64,000 nucleotides of DNA from the human T2T-CHM13v2.0 reference genome, Homo sapiens, in the NCBI RefSeq assembly GCF_009914755.1, contig NC_060932.1; one strand, 5' to 3'. The notes beneath the pieces were generated by a model, which saw only the letters and a program-made list of their open reading frames with translations, was not told the DNA's origin and did not search any database. Positions 28,575 through 46,584 of the stretch are shown here, piece after piece (position 1 is the first letter of the stretch; each line of letters begins with the position of its first letter). Made by a program: the position numbers and the translations under genes.

Positions 28575-30680
28575 ATATTTATTTATAATTGACAAATAAT
28601 AGTCCACATTTATGGGGTACAGTGTGATGTTTTGATCTATGTATACATTGTAGAAAGAGTCAATCAAGGTAATTAACATATCTATCACCTTATTGCTTTT
28701 TTTTTGGTGTGATGAGAATGTTAAAAATCTATTCTTTTTAGCAATTATGAAATATACATTATTATTAATTATGGTCAAAATGCAGTGCAACCAATCACTA
28801 AATCTGATTCCTCCAGTCTAACAGAGACTTCGTACCCTTTGATCAACATCTTTCCATTCCCCATCCCTCCTCCTCTCCCCTAGCTACTGGTAATCCCTCT
28901 ATACTTTTTGTTTCTATGAGATCACATTTTTTCTGAGTCCACAAACAAGTAAGATTATACAGTATTTGTTTCCATGACTGGCTTATTTCACTTAGCACAG
29001 TGTTCTCCAGCTCCATCTATGTTGTCACAAATGACAAAAGTTCCTTCTTTTTCAAGGCTATATAGTATTCCATTGTGTAATATAGTATGTTTTCTTTATC
29101 CATACTATCATTGATGACCACTTATGTTGCTTCCATATCTTGGCTATTGTGAATAATGCTGAAATGAACATGGGAGTACAGACATCTCTTCAACATACCA
29201 ACTTCAATTCCTTTAAATATATATCCAGAGTGCAATTCCTGGGTCATATGGTAATTATATTTTTAGTTTTTTTGAGGAAACTTCATACTTTTTCCCAAAA
29301 TGACTGTACTAATTTATGTTCCCAACAGCATACAAGGGTTTCCTATTCTCCAGATCCTTGCTAACACTTATCATTCCTCTTTTGGATAATAGCTATTTTA
29401 ACAGATGTAAGGCAATATCTCATTGTGTTTTAAATTTACATTTCCCTGATGATTAAAGATTCTGAGCATTTTTCATGTATCTGTTAGCCATTCCTTTCTG
29501 TTATTTTGAGAAATGCCTGTTCAGATCCTTTGCCCATTTTTAATCATGTTGTTTGTTTTCTTGCTCTTGAGTTGTTTGAGTTCCTTATATATTTTGAATA
29601 TTAGTTGCTTATCAGATGTATGGCTTGTGAATATTTTCTCCCCATCCGTGGGTGGTCTGTTACTTCTGTTAATTGTTTCTTTTGCCGTGCAGAAGTTTCT
29701 GAGTTGAATGTGATCCCAATTTGTCCACTTTTGCTCTTGTGGCCTGTGCTTTTGGAGTCCTGTCCAAGAAATCTTGCCCACACCAATGTCATGGAGAGTA
29801 TCCTCAATTTGATTTTCACAGTATTGAACATTAACTGTGTAGTGTCACAGTTTCAGGTCTTACGTTTAAGTATTTTATTCATTTTGAGTTGACTTCTGCA
29901 TATGAGTGTGAGATAAGTATATCCACATGTAGAAGAATGCCATTTATTAAAATGACTGTTTTTTCCCAATTTGTGTTCCTGGCACATTTGTCAAATATCA
30001 ATTGGCCATAAACACTTCGGGTTATTTCTGGGCATTCTATTGTGTTTCATTGGTTGAGGCGTCTGTTTTTATGCCAGTGCCATGCTGTTTTTTTGTTTTG
30101 TTTTGTTTTTACAATACATTCATAATATTTTTGAAATCAGGAAATGTGATGCCTTCTACTTTGTTCTTTTTGCTCAAGATTGTTTTGGCTATTCAGGGTC
30201 TTTGTGGTTCCATATGCATGTTAGGATTTTTTTTCTATTTTTATAAAAAAATAACATTGAAATTTTAAAAGGAGTTGTATTGAGTCTGTAAATCATTGCT
30301 TTGGGTATTATGGATAGTTTAACAATTCTAATTTTTTCAATCCATAAACACAGAATATCTTTCCATTTATTGTGTCATCTTCAATTTCTTTAATCAATGT
30401 TTTATAGCTTTTAGTGTAGAGATCTTTCACCTCCTTGGTTAAATTTACTCTTAAGTATTTTTTCTGATGCTATTGTGAATGAGATTATTTTTAAAATTTC
30501 TTTTCCAGATAGTTTGTTATTAGTGTACAGAAACACTACTGATTTTTGCATGTTGATTTTATAACTTGCATCTTATTGAATTGATCACTTTTAACAGTTT
30601 TTTTGGTGAAATCTTTAGGGTTTTGTATATGTAAGATTATATCAACAGACAGTCTCATTTATTCCTTCCTCATCTGTCTC
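28575..30680 (-). mobile_element. L1MA 3' portion
   Basis: Reverse L1MA 3'UTR (ATTTATGGGGTACAGTGTGATGTTTTGAT) and ORF2 C-terminus (ORF 29521-29781 WDHIQLRNFCTAKETINR). Confidence 0.88.
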
Positions 30681-33600
30681 TTCCCAATGAAAAAGAATTA
30701 ACGCTCAGAATTACAGTATCTTTTCTTGTTCCCTCTTTTACCTATCCCACTATATTCCAAGAATAGTAAATATTAAAAGACATTGAATAGGTTTTGGAAT
30801 ATACAATGAATTAACTTAGATTTGATCTTTGATATTAACCCACAAGTTTTATTTATATAGTTATATGAGCATTAGTCAGACTTATCCTCTAAGTCCTAAA
30901 ATTTTGTGTTTAAAAATTGTAAAATTTACAAACAATTGCTTCTGACGTAAGAATGGGAAAATTGCTTTATTTTTATAAGTCCTGAATTCCCAGCTTATAT
31001 TCATTTGGTGTCACTGTCATTACCCATAAATACTACTAGGTATTACATGAAATTCCATTGTATACAATAATGGGTTAGTGTTTTTACCTCATTTTAGAAA
31101 TGAGGATATATGTGTTAATGATAAATGCAGTGGGAGGAAAGACATTCGTATCCCACTGTCCTAAAGCCAAACAATAATGTTTATGTTGACCTTTCAGATT
31201 TGCTCATCATTTTCCTTAGCTGGAATCAGAAGAATAGAAGTCTTAGTTTTCAGTTTTAGATTACGCAGGTTGCAACTTTATTAACATGTGTATCGTTGTC
31301 CAGGAGAATCCAAAAGGCAGCTTAGAAGACGGATGTTTCTAATTATCTGAGTGACTTTGGGCACCTTTTATTTAATGTAGCCTTAAGGACCCTTCCAGTT
31401 TTGAGGTTATCTTAGCTTTTGATTTTCACAGTATTGAACACATGGGATTAAGATTCAGTGAGAAACAGCTGAGTCAGCTATTAACTTTCTCTCTTCTTAC
31501 ATCCTCCCTGGATTTTCTAACAAATGGTGCAATTAATCTAACGTAGCTAAAAGGCATTATTAGGTCACATGATTGGAGTCATGGGACAGAGGGAGGGAGA
31601 TGGGAAATGGCAAGTGCTAGCTGACACTGCAGGGAAGAAATAACACCACTAGAGGCAAACTTAAGAGCAGGAGATGCAAGAACTCACACTGTATGTTTCT
31701 AGGAACCTCTGTTTAGCAACTGTTTTGCATATTTTTCTGGATTTGTAGCTACTTGACAGAAAATAATCAGTGGTGACTTCTTAGACAGCATTCCTTCTGG
31801 TCAAGCTGGTCTTCAGAATATTAAGCTACTGAACATAAGTCAAAAGAGAATAAAAGTTTAGTGTGGATTTTCTTGTATATTAAAATGTGTGGCTTTGATA
31901 TACTATTTTATTTCTGGGCTGAGTTAGAATCAACTTGATAACAAAACAGACATCTCTTCACTCACAGAACCTGGATTGAGGTTCTATTTTTGGGTCTTCA
32001 CTGGAAGTTTTGCTACTTTGGCCAGGATGTGTAGACAGCAGAGAATTACAGTGCTCAGTGAGATGTGAGCTATAGCTGAAGAGCTCATGAATCAAGTTTT
32101 CCTAGTGAAAATTATCACTGTTCTTTCCATTTAAGTCACAGATGAATAGAATTGCAAGGCTTTCAGCAAATCCATAATGTGGACAATTGAGTCATATTCC
32201 TTTGAGAGAGGAAGGAGTAGATAAAATATCAGGACTGTAACCAGTTTCCCTAACAGATGAGTGAGTGTTAGGAGAAGGAATGCCGGGTTTTGAACAGAGA
32301 CTTCTATGGGCTCCATTCAGTTTCCTCTCTGTTCAAATTCTAGAGTTTAGCTGACAAGCTTTTCAAGTCTAATACCACTTACTCCTCTAGATTTGTCTTT
32401 TCACCTTACGCTTCAACCTCACTAAACAACAAGTGTTCTCCTCCAAACACTACAAATCCTTCTCTATAGAATACCTTTCCTCAACAGTTTCAACTTGTCC
32501 TTCTTGTTCCTGCGTGCCTTTAATTAGTCAACATTTATCCCTCTATATTCCACTGTATGCCCGGCCTTCTCTCTTGTCCTCTTCCTCACTCTGTCCTGGC
32601 CAATTTGTTCTTACATCTCTCCATCTACTGCACAGTATTTGCCTGATATTTGGTGTCTGTTCCTTGCCTAAAACATTGGGAAAATCTCCATGGTGGGGAT
32701 TGTGTCTTAGTCGTTTGGCACATCCAGTTCCAGGACACTCTTCATATCCTCAATGTGGTAATACTACATAATCATTCACTTGATAATAGCAGCAGATAAG
32801 GTGAAAAGGTAGATAGGGAAGAGAGAGAATGAAATAACTGATTTTAGGGAATTGGTCTAAGGTAGAATTGAAATTTTGGAGCATTTTCTATGGCCACTCA
32901 AATTAGTAGCATCCTCTTGAGAACCTTGGTTTTGAAGCACCAGCCTGGAAGTGGCATGCATCACCTTCACTTTTTTCCACTTGTCTCAGTGTCAGCTGGA
33001 AGCTTTTTGATGTGCTACAGCAAAAGGCTAAGAAATGGCGTATTGAAATGAGCACAGAAAGAAGGGCAGAACTGATTTTGGTGCATGATTAGCAGTCCCT
33101 GCTGGAGTCTGCAGACCCCAGGAAAATCGTACATGTGTTCTCAAATGTCTATAAGGGATCAAGTTTCAGAGGCGTGGGAGACAGAATCAGAGCATAAAGC
33201 ATACTTCTTTAGTCAATCATAGTACTAGGGCCCTAGGGATAGATCTACACATGTGCTATCACAAACCAAATCAAAGCAAATATTTATTTTGCACTCATAT
33301 GCATGGCATTGTGTTTAGCCTCATGAAAGACACACAGAAACACAAGGAAGGCACTGTTTCTGCCTGCCTCTAATGATTTGCAGTGTAGAAAGATTAAATC
33401 TTAAGCAACTTTACAAGATATACAAAGAATAATAGAGGAGATGTCATAAGGCAACAATAACTAATGGCCCAAATTACAGACTAGGCAGAGCCGGGGCATA
33501 GTAAGAAGTCAGAGGAGGGAGTATGCTATGCAGTAGGGGTCAGGTAAGATTTAAAGAAAAGTACTGAGGCATGAAAGACAAGGTGTGTAGATAAGCAAGG

Positions 33601-33944
33601 AAGGAGAATTGGGGGAGCTAGAGGGAACTCATTGAAACCCCAAAAATCATTGAGGACCACCAGTTGCAAGGTTCTGGACCAAGCCTGGGTGGGCTTGATG
33701 AGTGGACTTGATTCTGACATCAGGGTGGTGTTGAGTTAGGAAAATTAGTGCTAGAGTTGGATTTCACACTTAGATGAAGGGAAAATGAATTTTGTCAAGG
33801 GGGATGCTATTTGACTAGGGTCTGAGGGGTTGAGAAATGGTTTTTGCAGTCCAAAAGTACAGATGGAGCAAATGCAAGCAGGTATGAAGCCTATAGTGGA
33901 TTTGGGAAGGAGAAACAAAGAAACAAAGATCTATTGAGCACCTG

Positions 33945-36500
33945 CTCTGCTCCAGTATTTTGTTGAGGATTTTTGAATCTATGTTCATTAGGAATGTTTG
34001 CCTGTAATTTTCTTTTCTTGTAGTGTCCTTATTTGGCTTTGATACTAGAATAATGCTGGCCTCATAAAATGAGTTTGAGTTCTATTGCACAATATGGTGA
34101 CAATTTATATTAAGATATGATATAGTACAAAATATCTAAAACAGAGGCTTTTGAATGTTCTCACCATAAAGAAATAATAAGTGCATGAGGTAATGGTAAC
34201 ACTAAATACCCTTATTTGGTCATTATACAACATATATATATTAAAACATCAAGTTATACCTCATAAATATATGTAATTATAATGTATCAGTTTTTAAAAA
34301 TGAGGTGGCTGGGAATAGTGGATTTATTTCTGGATTCTTTGTTCTGCTCCATTAGTCTGTGTGTCTGTTCTTATGCCAATACCATGCTGCTTTGGTTGCT
34401 ATAGCTTTATAGTATAATTTGAGACAGCTAATGTGATGCTTCTAGTTATATTCTTTTTGGTCTGGATTGCTTTAGCTATTTAGGGTCTTTTGTAGTTCTA
34501 TACACATTTTAGAATTTTTTTTCTATTTCTGTGAAGTATGTCATTGGTATTTTGATAGGAATGCATTGAATCTGTACTTACTTTGAGTAGTATGGCCATT
34601 TTAAGAATATTAATTTTTCCAATCCATTAGCATGGGATATCTTTCCATTTTTTGGGTCCTCTTCAGTTTCCTTCATCAATGTTTTATATTTTCCTTGTGG
34701 AGATTTTTCATTTCTTTGATTAAACTTATGCCTAAAAATTTAAAAAGTAGCTATTCAGTAGGATTCAATGGGATTGCTTTCTCAATTTCTAAGATTTTTT
34801 TGCAATTGGCTATTGGCTGAGTACAGATTCAACGCAATCCCTATCAAAATAACCATGACATTCTTCACAGAAATAGAAAAAAAATAGAGATGCTATGGAT
34901 TTTTAAATGTTGATTTTGCATCTTGCAACTTGAGTGAATTTATCAATTTGAACAGTTTTTTGTGGAGTCCTTATGTTTTTCTAAATATAACACCATGTCA
35001 TCTGTAAACAGGGATAATCTGACTTCTTTCTTTCCAGTTGAGATGCCCTTTATTTCTTTCTCTTGTCTGATTACTCTGGCTACAACTTCTAGTACTATTA
35101 ATATGTATAAAAGTGGTAAAAGTGGTGAAAGTGGGCATACTTGTCTTGTTCCAGATCTTAGGGCATAGGCTTTAATTTTTCTCCATTTGGTATGATGTTA
35201 GCTGCGGGTTGTCATATATAGCCTTTATTGTTGTGAGATATTTTCCTTCCATATCCAGTTTGTTGAGACATTTCACCATGAAGGGACGTTGTATTTTATG
35301 AAATGTTTCCGCTTCAGTCAGGTAGTGGTGAAGCAGGCCAGGACTTGTTTTCCTCCAGTTGGGGCAGTGGATTCTCCTCTGTCCCAGGGAAGGTCTAAAT
35401 TCTCCCTCTCTAGGTTTGGAATCAGGCACTGTGGGGGCTCTGCCTGTGCTGTGTTGCACCGTGGCAGGCCTGACTCTAAATTCCAATACAAATTCCCATA
35501 CCCACTTCCCATTCCCTTCCCCAAGCAGGAATTGTCTCTCTCCTCTCTATGGTGCCTGGCATTGAGGAGAGGTGGTTTTGGCAATGAGTGATTATCCTTC
35601 TTACCTTCTTCAGTGTGTATCTCTTCTTGTTATTATGCTAAAACCAGGTACTGTGATATCTCACCTGATTTCTTTAGCTCTTTTGAAGGTGTCTTCTTGC
35701 AAGGATAGTTGTTCCATTTGATGTTCCTGTGGGGGGTGATTGACAGAAGGCCTGTTCAGCTATTTTGCTCCCCATATTTGAAACTCAGCATTTCTTTAAT
35801 ATTCCAATGTATCAGTCTTTTTTTATAATTAATGCCTTTTATGTTTTATACATACTATTAGTGCATTTTGTGTACAAATTTTCTTATAGCCCAAGGTCAT
35901 GAAGATTTTCTGCACTGATGTTTATTGGAAGCTTTATTGTTTTACCTTTTACTTTTAGGTCTACAATCCACCTAGGATTGATTTTTGCTTATGGTGTGAG
36001 CTATAGATTGCTTCGTTTTTAAAAAGAAACTCTTTTCACTGCTTTGCAGTGTCATATTTGTCATGAATTTGGTGTCCACATGAGTGGGTCATTTCTGAGC
36101 TCTCTATTATTTCCTTAGCCTATTTTTCAATCTTGATTTCTAGAACTAACTAAGTCATGTTTTCTAGCAGAGTAATTCTCCCCACATTGTTCTTCTCTAA
36201 GACTGTCTCACTATTTTTGACTATTTGCATTTTAATATTCATGTTAAAATTAACTCATCAATTTTCACTCAAAAAGTGTTGGGATTTAGATGGGGATTTC
36301 ATTGAACATACTGATAAACTTAGGAATAAATTACATGTTTTCATTAATTTCTATCTAATCTTCATTTATTTAGGACTTTAAAAATGTCTCTAAATAATGT
36401 CTAATCATTTTCTGCATAAAGATCTTATGCACCTATTATTAGATTTATTACTATTTATTTGAAGTTGTTTATGCTATTATAAAGTCTGTTTTAAATTAAT
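33945..36500 (-). mobile_element. Patchwork of old L1 fragments, mostly minus strand
   Basis: T-rich reverse ORF2 sequence, a reverse 5'UTR piece at about 35310-35775 and a plus-strand 3'UTR piece at about 34080-34300. Confidence 0.75.
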
Positions 36501-36503
36501 TTT

Positions 36504-38005
36504 TGTCTTAGTCTATTTTGTGCTGCTATAACAGAATAACACAGATGGAGTAATTTATAAACAGAAATGTATTGGCTCATAGTTCTGAGGACTGGGAAGA
36601 CTAAGGTCAATGCACCAACCAGAGGGGAGAAGAACGCTGACTCCTCATGTGGTGGAAGGTGAAAAGGACCAAGAGAGAGCCCACTCTTGAAAGCCCTTTT
36701 TACGATTGCATTAATCCATTCATAAGTGCTCTGCCATCATGATGTAAACACCTCCCATCAAGCCCCACCTCTCAATACTGTTTGCATTGCAAATTTCAAC
36801 ATCAGTTGGGGGAGGGGACAAACATTCAAACCATTTTAAACCACAGCATTCTGGCTGTGGTCCCCCAAAACTCACGTCCTCGCATATAAAATACATTAAT
36901 TCTTTCTCAATAGTCCCGGTAAGTCCAAAGTCCAGAGTCCCATCTAAATGGAAGAAAATTTGCAGAATTAGGAGTTTGTAGGCAGATATTCAGAAGAAGC
37001 CGGCAGAAGAAGTTCCTTACCCATGTAGTGTCTTAAAGGCCATTAGAGATAAATAGCCCTGAGGAGTCAGAAGAATCTTCCTAGATTAATGGTTCATCAT
37101 TTTCTGTGTTCCCTTACAGAACGGAAGATATGGGTGAGACTGAAGCATGGTTCATCCTGAGACGAATCCCCTCCCACAATAAACCTATGAAATCAAACTA
37201 TTTATTTATATGTTTCCAGAATACAGTGGTGGGACAGGCACAGGATAGACATTCCTATTCTAAAAGGGAGGAATAGGCAAGAAGAAAGGGGTAGCAGGTT
37301 TCAAGTCCCAAAGCCAATAGGGCCTTACATCTTAAGGCTTGGAAAAAAATCTTGACTCTATGGCCTGCCTTTCAGACACACTTGGGTTGACCTCCCAAGG
37401 CCTCAGACAACCCTGCCCCTATGACTTTGCTGGGTTCAGCCCACACAGCATCTCTCATGAGTTGGAGTCTCATGCCTGTGCTCTCCCAGGCTGGCAGTGT
37501 ATACTAGTGGCTCTATGCTTTCAGGGTCCCGGGGCGGGGTGGTGGGGGGGTCCCTGTTCCCATTGCTTCACTAGGCATTACCTTGATGAAGACTCTCTGT
37601 GGTGGCCCCACCCCTGTGACAAGTCTCTGCCTGGGCCCCATGACTTGCCATAACATCCTTTGAAGTCTTGTTGAAGAAATTCATGCCTCCTCAGCTCTGG
37701 CACTATGTGAGCCTGCAGAATTAGAACCACATAGATGCCTCGAAGGTTTACAATCTGCCTTCTGGAAGACTAGGTGTGGCCAAGGAGAGTTGCATTAGAA
37801 TGCATGGATCAGAGTCCTGAGACAGCCCTGATAGAGAGCAGCCCACGGAGGGCGCCCTGGGCCCATCATCCAAAACCCTTCTGCCCACAAAGCCCTAAAG
37901 CTCTGGGCCTGTGATTAGAGGGGCAGCCTTGAAGACCTCCAAAATGCCTTTGGGATCATTCTCCCACTTTCTTGATGAGTAACACTTGGCTTTCTTTTAT
38001 CCATT
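36504..38005 (-). mobile_element. MaLR (MST/MLT1A-type) LTR plus internal sequence
   Basis: TGTCTTAGTCTATTTTGTGCTGCTATAACAGAATA LTR end, followed by MaLR internal motifs (CAGTGGTGGGACAGGCACAGGATAGACATTCC). Confidence 0.85.
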
Positions 38006-38112
38006 TAATCTACAAATTACTGGAATTAATCAGTGTAATTAGCAAGGTTGTTGAATATGAGGTCAATACATAATAATCAAGAATAACAATAATTAACAGC
38101 ATTTTAAGTAAT

Positions 38113-38335
38113 GCTATTATTTGAATGTTTGTCCCTTCCCAAATTCATGTTGAAACAATCTCCCATCCAACAGTAGTGGGAGGCAGGGCCTAACAAGAGG
38201 TGTTTAGGTCATGAGGCCTCTCCAGTCTATGAATGGATAAATGCTGTTGCAAACAGAGCTTTCAAGAGTGGGCTTTCTCTCTTGGCCCTTCCACTTTCTG
38301 CCATATGTGGATCCTGCATTCTACTTCCCTCTAGA
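38113..38335 (+). mobile_element. Partial MaLR (MST-type) LTR
   Basis: TGCTATTATTTGAATGTTTGTCCCTTCCCAAATTCATGTTGAAA start. Confidence 0.7.
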
Positions 38336-38549
38336 ACATTTCACCAGTTTTTGCGTGCACTCATTTTTCTAATGCATGCTTGTGCAAAATTCTATGACAT
38401 TTTATCAAATGTACAGTGATATTTGACTAGTAAGCTTATCTCAAATTCCTGGAATAAATTCAACTTGGTTGTGGGCTGCTATCTTTTTTAGTTGTTGCTG
38501 GCAAATCTAAACATTGGTTAAACAAATGTTTAAATGTTATTTTTTTCAG

Positions 38550-38610
38550 GTTTCAGGAGTGCTTGTTTCGGTTTCAGGAGTGCTTGTTTCAGTTTCAGGA
38601 GTGATTGTTC
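38550..38610. repeat. 21-bp tandem repeat, about 3 copies (GTTTCAGGAGTGCTTGTTTCR)
   Basis: Units start at 38550, 38571 and 38592. Confidence 0.9.
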
Positions 38611-40279
38611 TGTAATTTTTCCTTCTGGAATGTCCGTATCAAGTTTGTGTACCGACATTAGATTAACTTCATAAAAGAAGTTAGGGGAAGAGTTCTTATT
38701 TTTTCTATTCTCTTGAAAAGTTTATAAAAGTTTTGTAAATATTTAGTACAATTCGCCAGCAAAGCCATCTAGGCCGGATGTTCTGTTTGTGTGAATTTTT
38801 TAAATTTATAGATTCCATTCCTTTAATAGTTTCAGGATTATTTAGAATTTCTATTTTTCTTGTGACAGTTTTATGCATTATATTTTTTCAGAAATGTGTT
38901 AAGTTTACCAAAATTTTCAAACTTATTGCCATAATACTGGTCATAATGTGGTGTAATTTTGTTTTTTACTGCTTCTGAGTCTGTGACAATATTCCCCTTT
39001 TCAATCCTATATTGTTGGTCTTTGTGCGTTCCCTCTCTGTATCTGTCTTTTGGTCAGTCTCATCAGGGTTTATCCATATTACTAGTCTTTAAAAACAAAA
39101 CAAATCTTAATGTTGTTGTTTTCTTTTTCATAATTTCCACTATCTTTATTCTTTTCATTCATTCTTCTTTTAAAATTCCTTGGGTTTAATTCACAACTTT
39201 CTTATTCATTTCTTGAGCTAGATATTTTAGATCTTTATTTTTCACCCTTTCTACTTTTCTTACGTATGCTTAAAATTCATATAAATGCATATAAATTATT
39301 CCTTTAAGTATTGCTTCGGCTATGTCCCCAAAATTTGATATGTTACATTTTGTTATACTTTCAAAATATTTTCTATTTTTATCATGGTTTCTTCTTTGAT
39401 CCTTGGCTTAGTTATAAGTGTCCTCCTAAATTTACAAATATTTAGAAAGTTTAAGTCCTCTTTTTGTTATTGGTTTCTAGTTTAATTGCGTTGTAGTCAA
39501 AGCACACAGTACGTATGATTTCAACCCTTTGGAACTGGTTAACACTTGCGTTACACGTTTGGGAACATTTGTATTTTAATGTTTTTGGGTGAAGTTTTCT
39601 ACATATGTTCATGAGAGTCAAGTTTGTTAGCCATGTTTTAAAAAAAATCTATTCATACTGATTTTTTGTGCTTTGATTTTATTAGCTAGTAGAAGATAGG
39701 CATTGAAATTTCCCATTATGATTATAGGTTTGTCTACTTCTTCCCGTAGTTCTTTTTCATTTATCTTGATGTTTTACTGTATGATTGTACATCTAGAATT
39801 TTATAATTCCAAATGAATTAATGTCATTATGAAGTGCTCCTCTTAATTCTCATAATGCTTTTATCTCAGTGACTAGCTTGCATGATACTGGTGTAGGTAC
39901 ACCATCTTTCTTTTTTTCTTGTTGTTGTTAATGTTTTCACTCTTTTCCTTTCAAGCCTCCTGTTTTCTTGTGTTTAATATCGCTACACATATGTAAGTAG
40001 CATATAGTTGTTTTTGAAAAATCTAATTTGGCAATATTTATTTTGTAAATGCTTTAACACAATTGCTGATATTTTAGGTTTATACCTACCGTCTTATTGT
40101 ATTTTTATTTTCCCATATGTACTTGATTCATTTTTGCTTTTAGAACAGTTGAATATCTTTTATTATTCCTTTTCTTTTCTCCATTGTTTGGAAGTTTTTC
40201 CTGTCTTATTATCCTTCCAGTGATTGCTTTACAGATCGCAACATGCCCCTTCCCTTAACAAAGCTGAAAATTAATTGCT

Positions 40280-41357
<1,078 letters not shown>

Positions 41358-41431
41358 ACAGATCCTGAAAGAAACTGCTACTTTTAATCCATTTATTCCC
41401 TCTCAATTTGTATGCTATTATCTTGTATCTT

Positions 41432-41433
<2 letters not shown>

Positions 41434-41493
<60 letters not shown>
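41434..41493. repeat. (AC)30 perfect microsatellite
   Basis: Read directly from the sequence. Confidence 0.97.
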
Positions 41494-41495
<2 letters not shown>

Positions 41496-42228
41496 TTATG
41501 CCACATGAGACAGCACTATTGTTTTGTGGCTCCATTTTTATAAAGCTATGTTGTCTTCTTCAAAAAAGTTAAAATTCATCTTTACATAATACAGACTAGA
41601 TCTAGAAATTAATATACTTTTACTCTTTGTACCTGAGCAAAACAGAACACTAGAAATAAAGGACGCTAAATAGCATAATAGAAAGTCTGTATGTATGTGA
41701 TTTCACAAGTAAACAATTAGACACATCCCTGAAAACACTGTAACTGTAAGAAAGCAACATTTTTTCTTCTGATGTCTGCCCAAGCCCACCTTCCGGAATC
41801 CATTCATTAAACAGCTTTATGTCAACTTTGACTTCCTCCAGTTATCTCTGACACTAATGACGAAATTTTTCTTTGACTTTTATCAAGGTAAAATTCATTT
41901 TAAGAAATGACCACTGATTTGTTTAAGATATTCCAGCATGGGGGAGGAGGGCAAAATATACATTTATAAATGAATAAGTCTTAGTTATAACTTTATTAGC
42001 TTTTGACTCAAGTTTAAGTCAAAAAAAGTTGATTTTATCAACTTTTATTAAAATTGGGAAATAGGCATGTGGCATTTGATTATACATATCTTTATTTTTG
42101 TGTATGTTTGAATTTTTCTTTAATATAAAGTAAAAAATAGTGGCTTTTTTAGTTTTTTAGCTTTTTTAAATGAAATTTAATTTTTTAATTGATATGTAAT
42201 AGATATACCTACTTTTAGAAAAACATCA

Positions 42229-42599
<371 letters not shown>

Positions 42600-43314
42600 T
42601 TAGAGATCTCAGTAAGAAATATTTATTACAACACATAAAATGCATTATTCACTCATCAAAGTTGTCAGATAATTTGCTACAGTTTTTTTCCTTGGGTAGC
42701 ATTAGGGGTTCCTTGAGGATTTCAAACTTGAAAAACACATGTTTTATGGCAGCAATTTTATTCACTTTATTATTTTTTCCAACTTTTCCCTCCCTTCCTC
42801 TCATAATAACGTTTATTGATCAGGCACTGTGCTAGCTACTTTATGTTTGTAATCTGCTTTAATCATTCCTGCAAGGTAGCAGGTATCAGCACCTCTCATT
42901 TGGAGAGTAGTACGAGATGGGAAAAGAGAGCAATACTCTGGGGGAGGCATATCAGATAACAGTGTAGTTTGAAAAAGCACGTGTAATAATATAATAAAAA
43001 CGGTCACACAACATAGAGTTGATCAAATATTCACTACTAGTAGGAATATACTAAAGACATATTTTTCTACCCCAGACATTAGAATCTCAAGGGGAGTGGG
43101 AAGTGATTATTTGAAAAGTTGATCAGTTTTTATAGGTAGAAGGCTTTTGTTTATTTACTTTGCGATGTGGTTGTTTCTTGCCTTTTCTCTCCGAATTCCC
43201 TTGCAGTATGGGCTGGTTACACTGTGTTCCACCTGCATGATGACTGTGAAGCTTAGAAGTCACAGAGTTCTGTGGTTGTTGTTTAGGATCACTGTTATGT
43301 AGTATTGACATTTG

Positions 43315-43648
<334 letters not shown>

Positions 43649-44251
43649 TAATTCAGCTCTTATAAGAACCTGATGAGTGAGATGATCTTAATCCCATTAT
43701 ACATAGAACAAAATGGAGATGCTAGAGGTAACTTGCCCACATTTACTATCCAGGCTACTGTTGTAAGTTTAATTAAGTGCTTCAGAACTTTTTCTGTTCA
43801 CTCCTGTGTGAAAGTGTGTGTCCTTGGGCTGTATGTCTCATGCAGAGCATAATTTCAGAGGAGGCGGTATTCACTGATGAAGTCCTGGGCAGCTTTGAAC
43901 ACAGCCTAGAGTATTTAAATTGTGGCCACACACAGTGTGACATCACTCTAGTGATCATCTTTGAACTGAATGAGAAGAGTGTTTCCTCTTTACCCTACAT
44001 GCATTCATTTTCATGTTTATTAGCCCAGGCGAAAAACTTTCCTGAGGACTGACTCTGAAAACCGATTTAATACTTCTTTCAGCTGCTTTCCTCTTTCAGC
44101 TGTGGACCTAGAAGCCATGAGCAGCTGCTCTCCAGGACGTGGTGGTGATACCCACTGCTGAAATAGCATGTGGAGCACTGATGCAGGAGGCCAGTTTTAT
44201 GCCTTCTGTCTTGGACAAAGAAAGCAAGCTGGCCCTGACATCCAGTTGTCA

Positions 44252-44671
<420 letters not shown>

Positions 44672-44824
44672 TTAAAGTCTTCCACATTCATACAATATCC
44701 TTAATTAAGATCAGGCTCAAGTGAGCATTTCTGACCTGTATGTAATTAAATGCTGACTGAATTGAATATGTCTACAGTATGAGAAGAACACAACAAAATA
44801 ATAGGTTTTATAGACTGCCTTTGA

Positions 44825-46550
<1,726 letters not shown>

Positions 46551-46584
46551 AGATTTTCCAGATGTTAAGATCTAATGAATTAGA

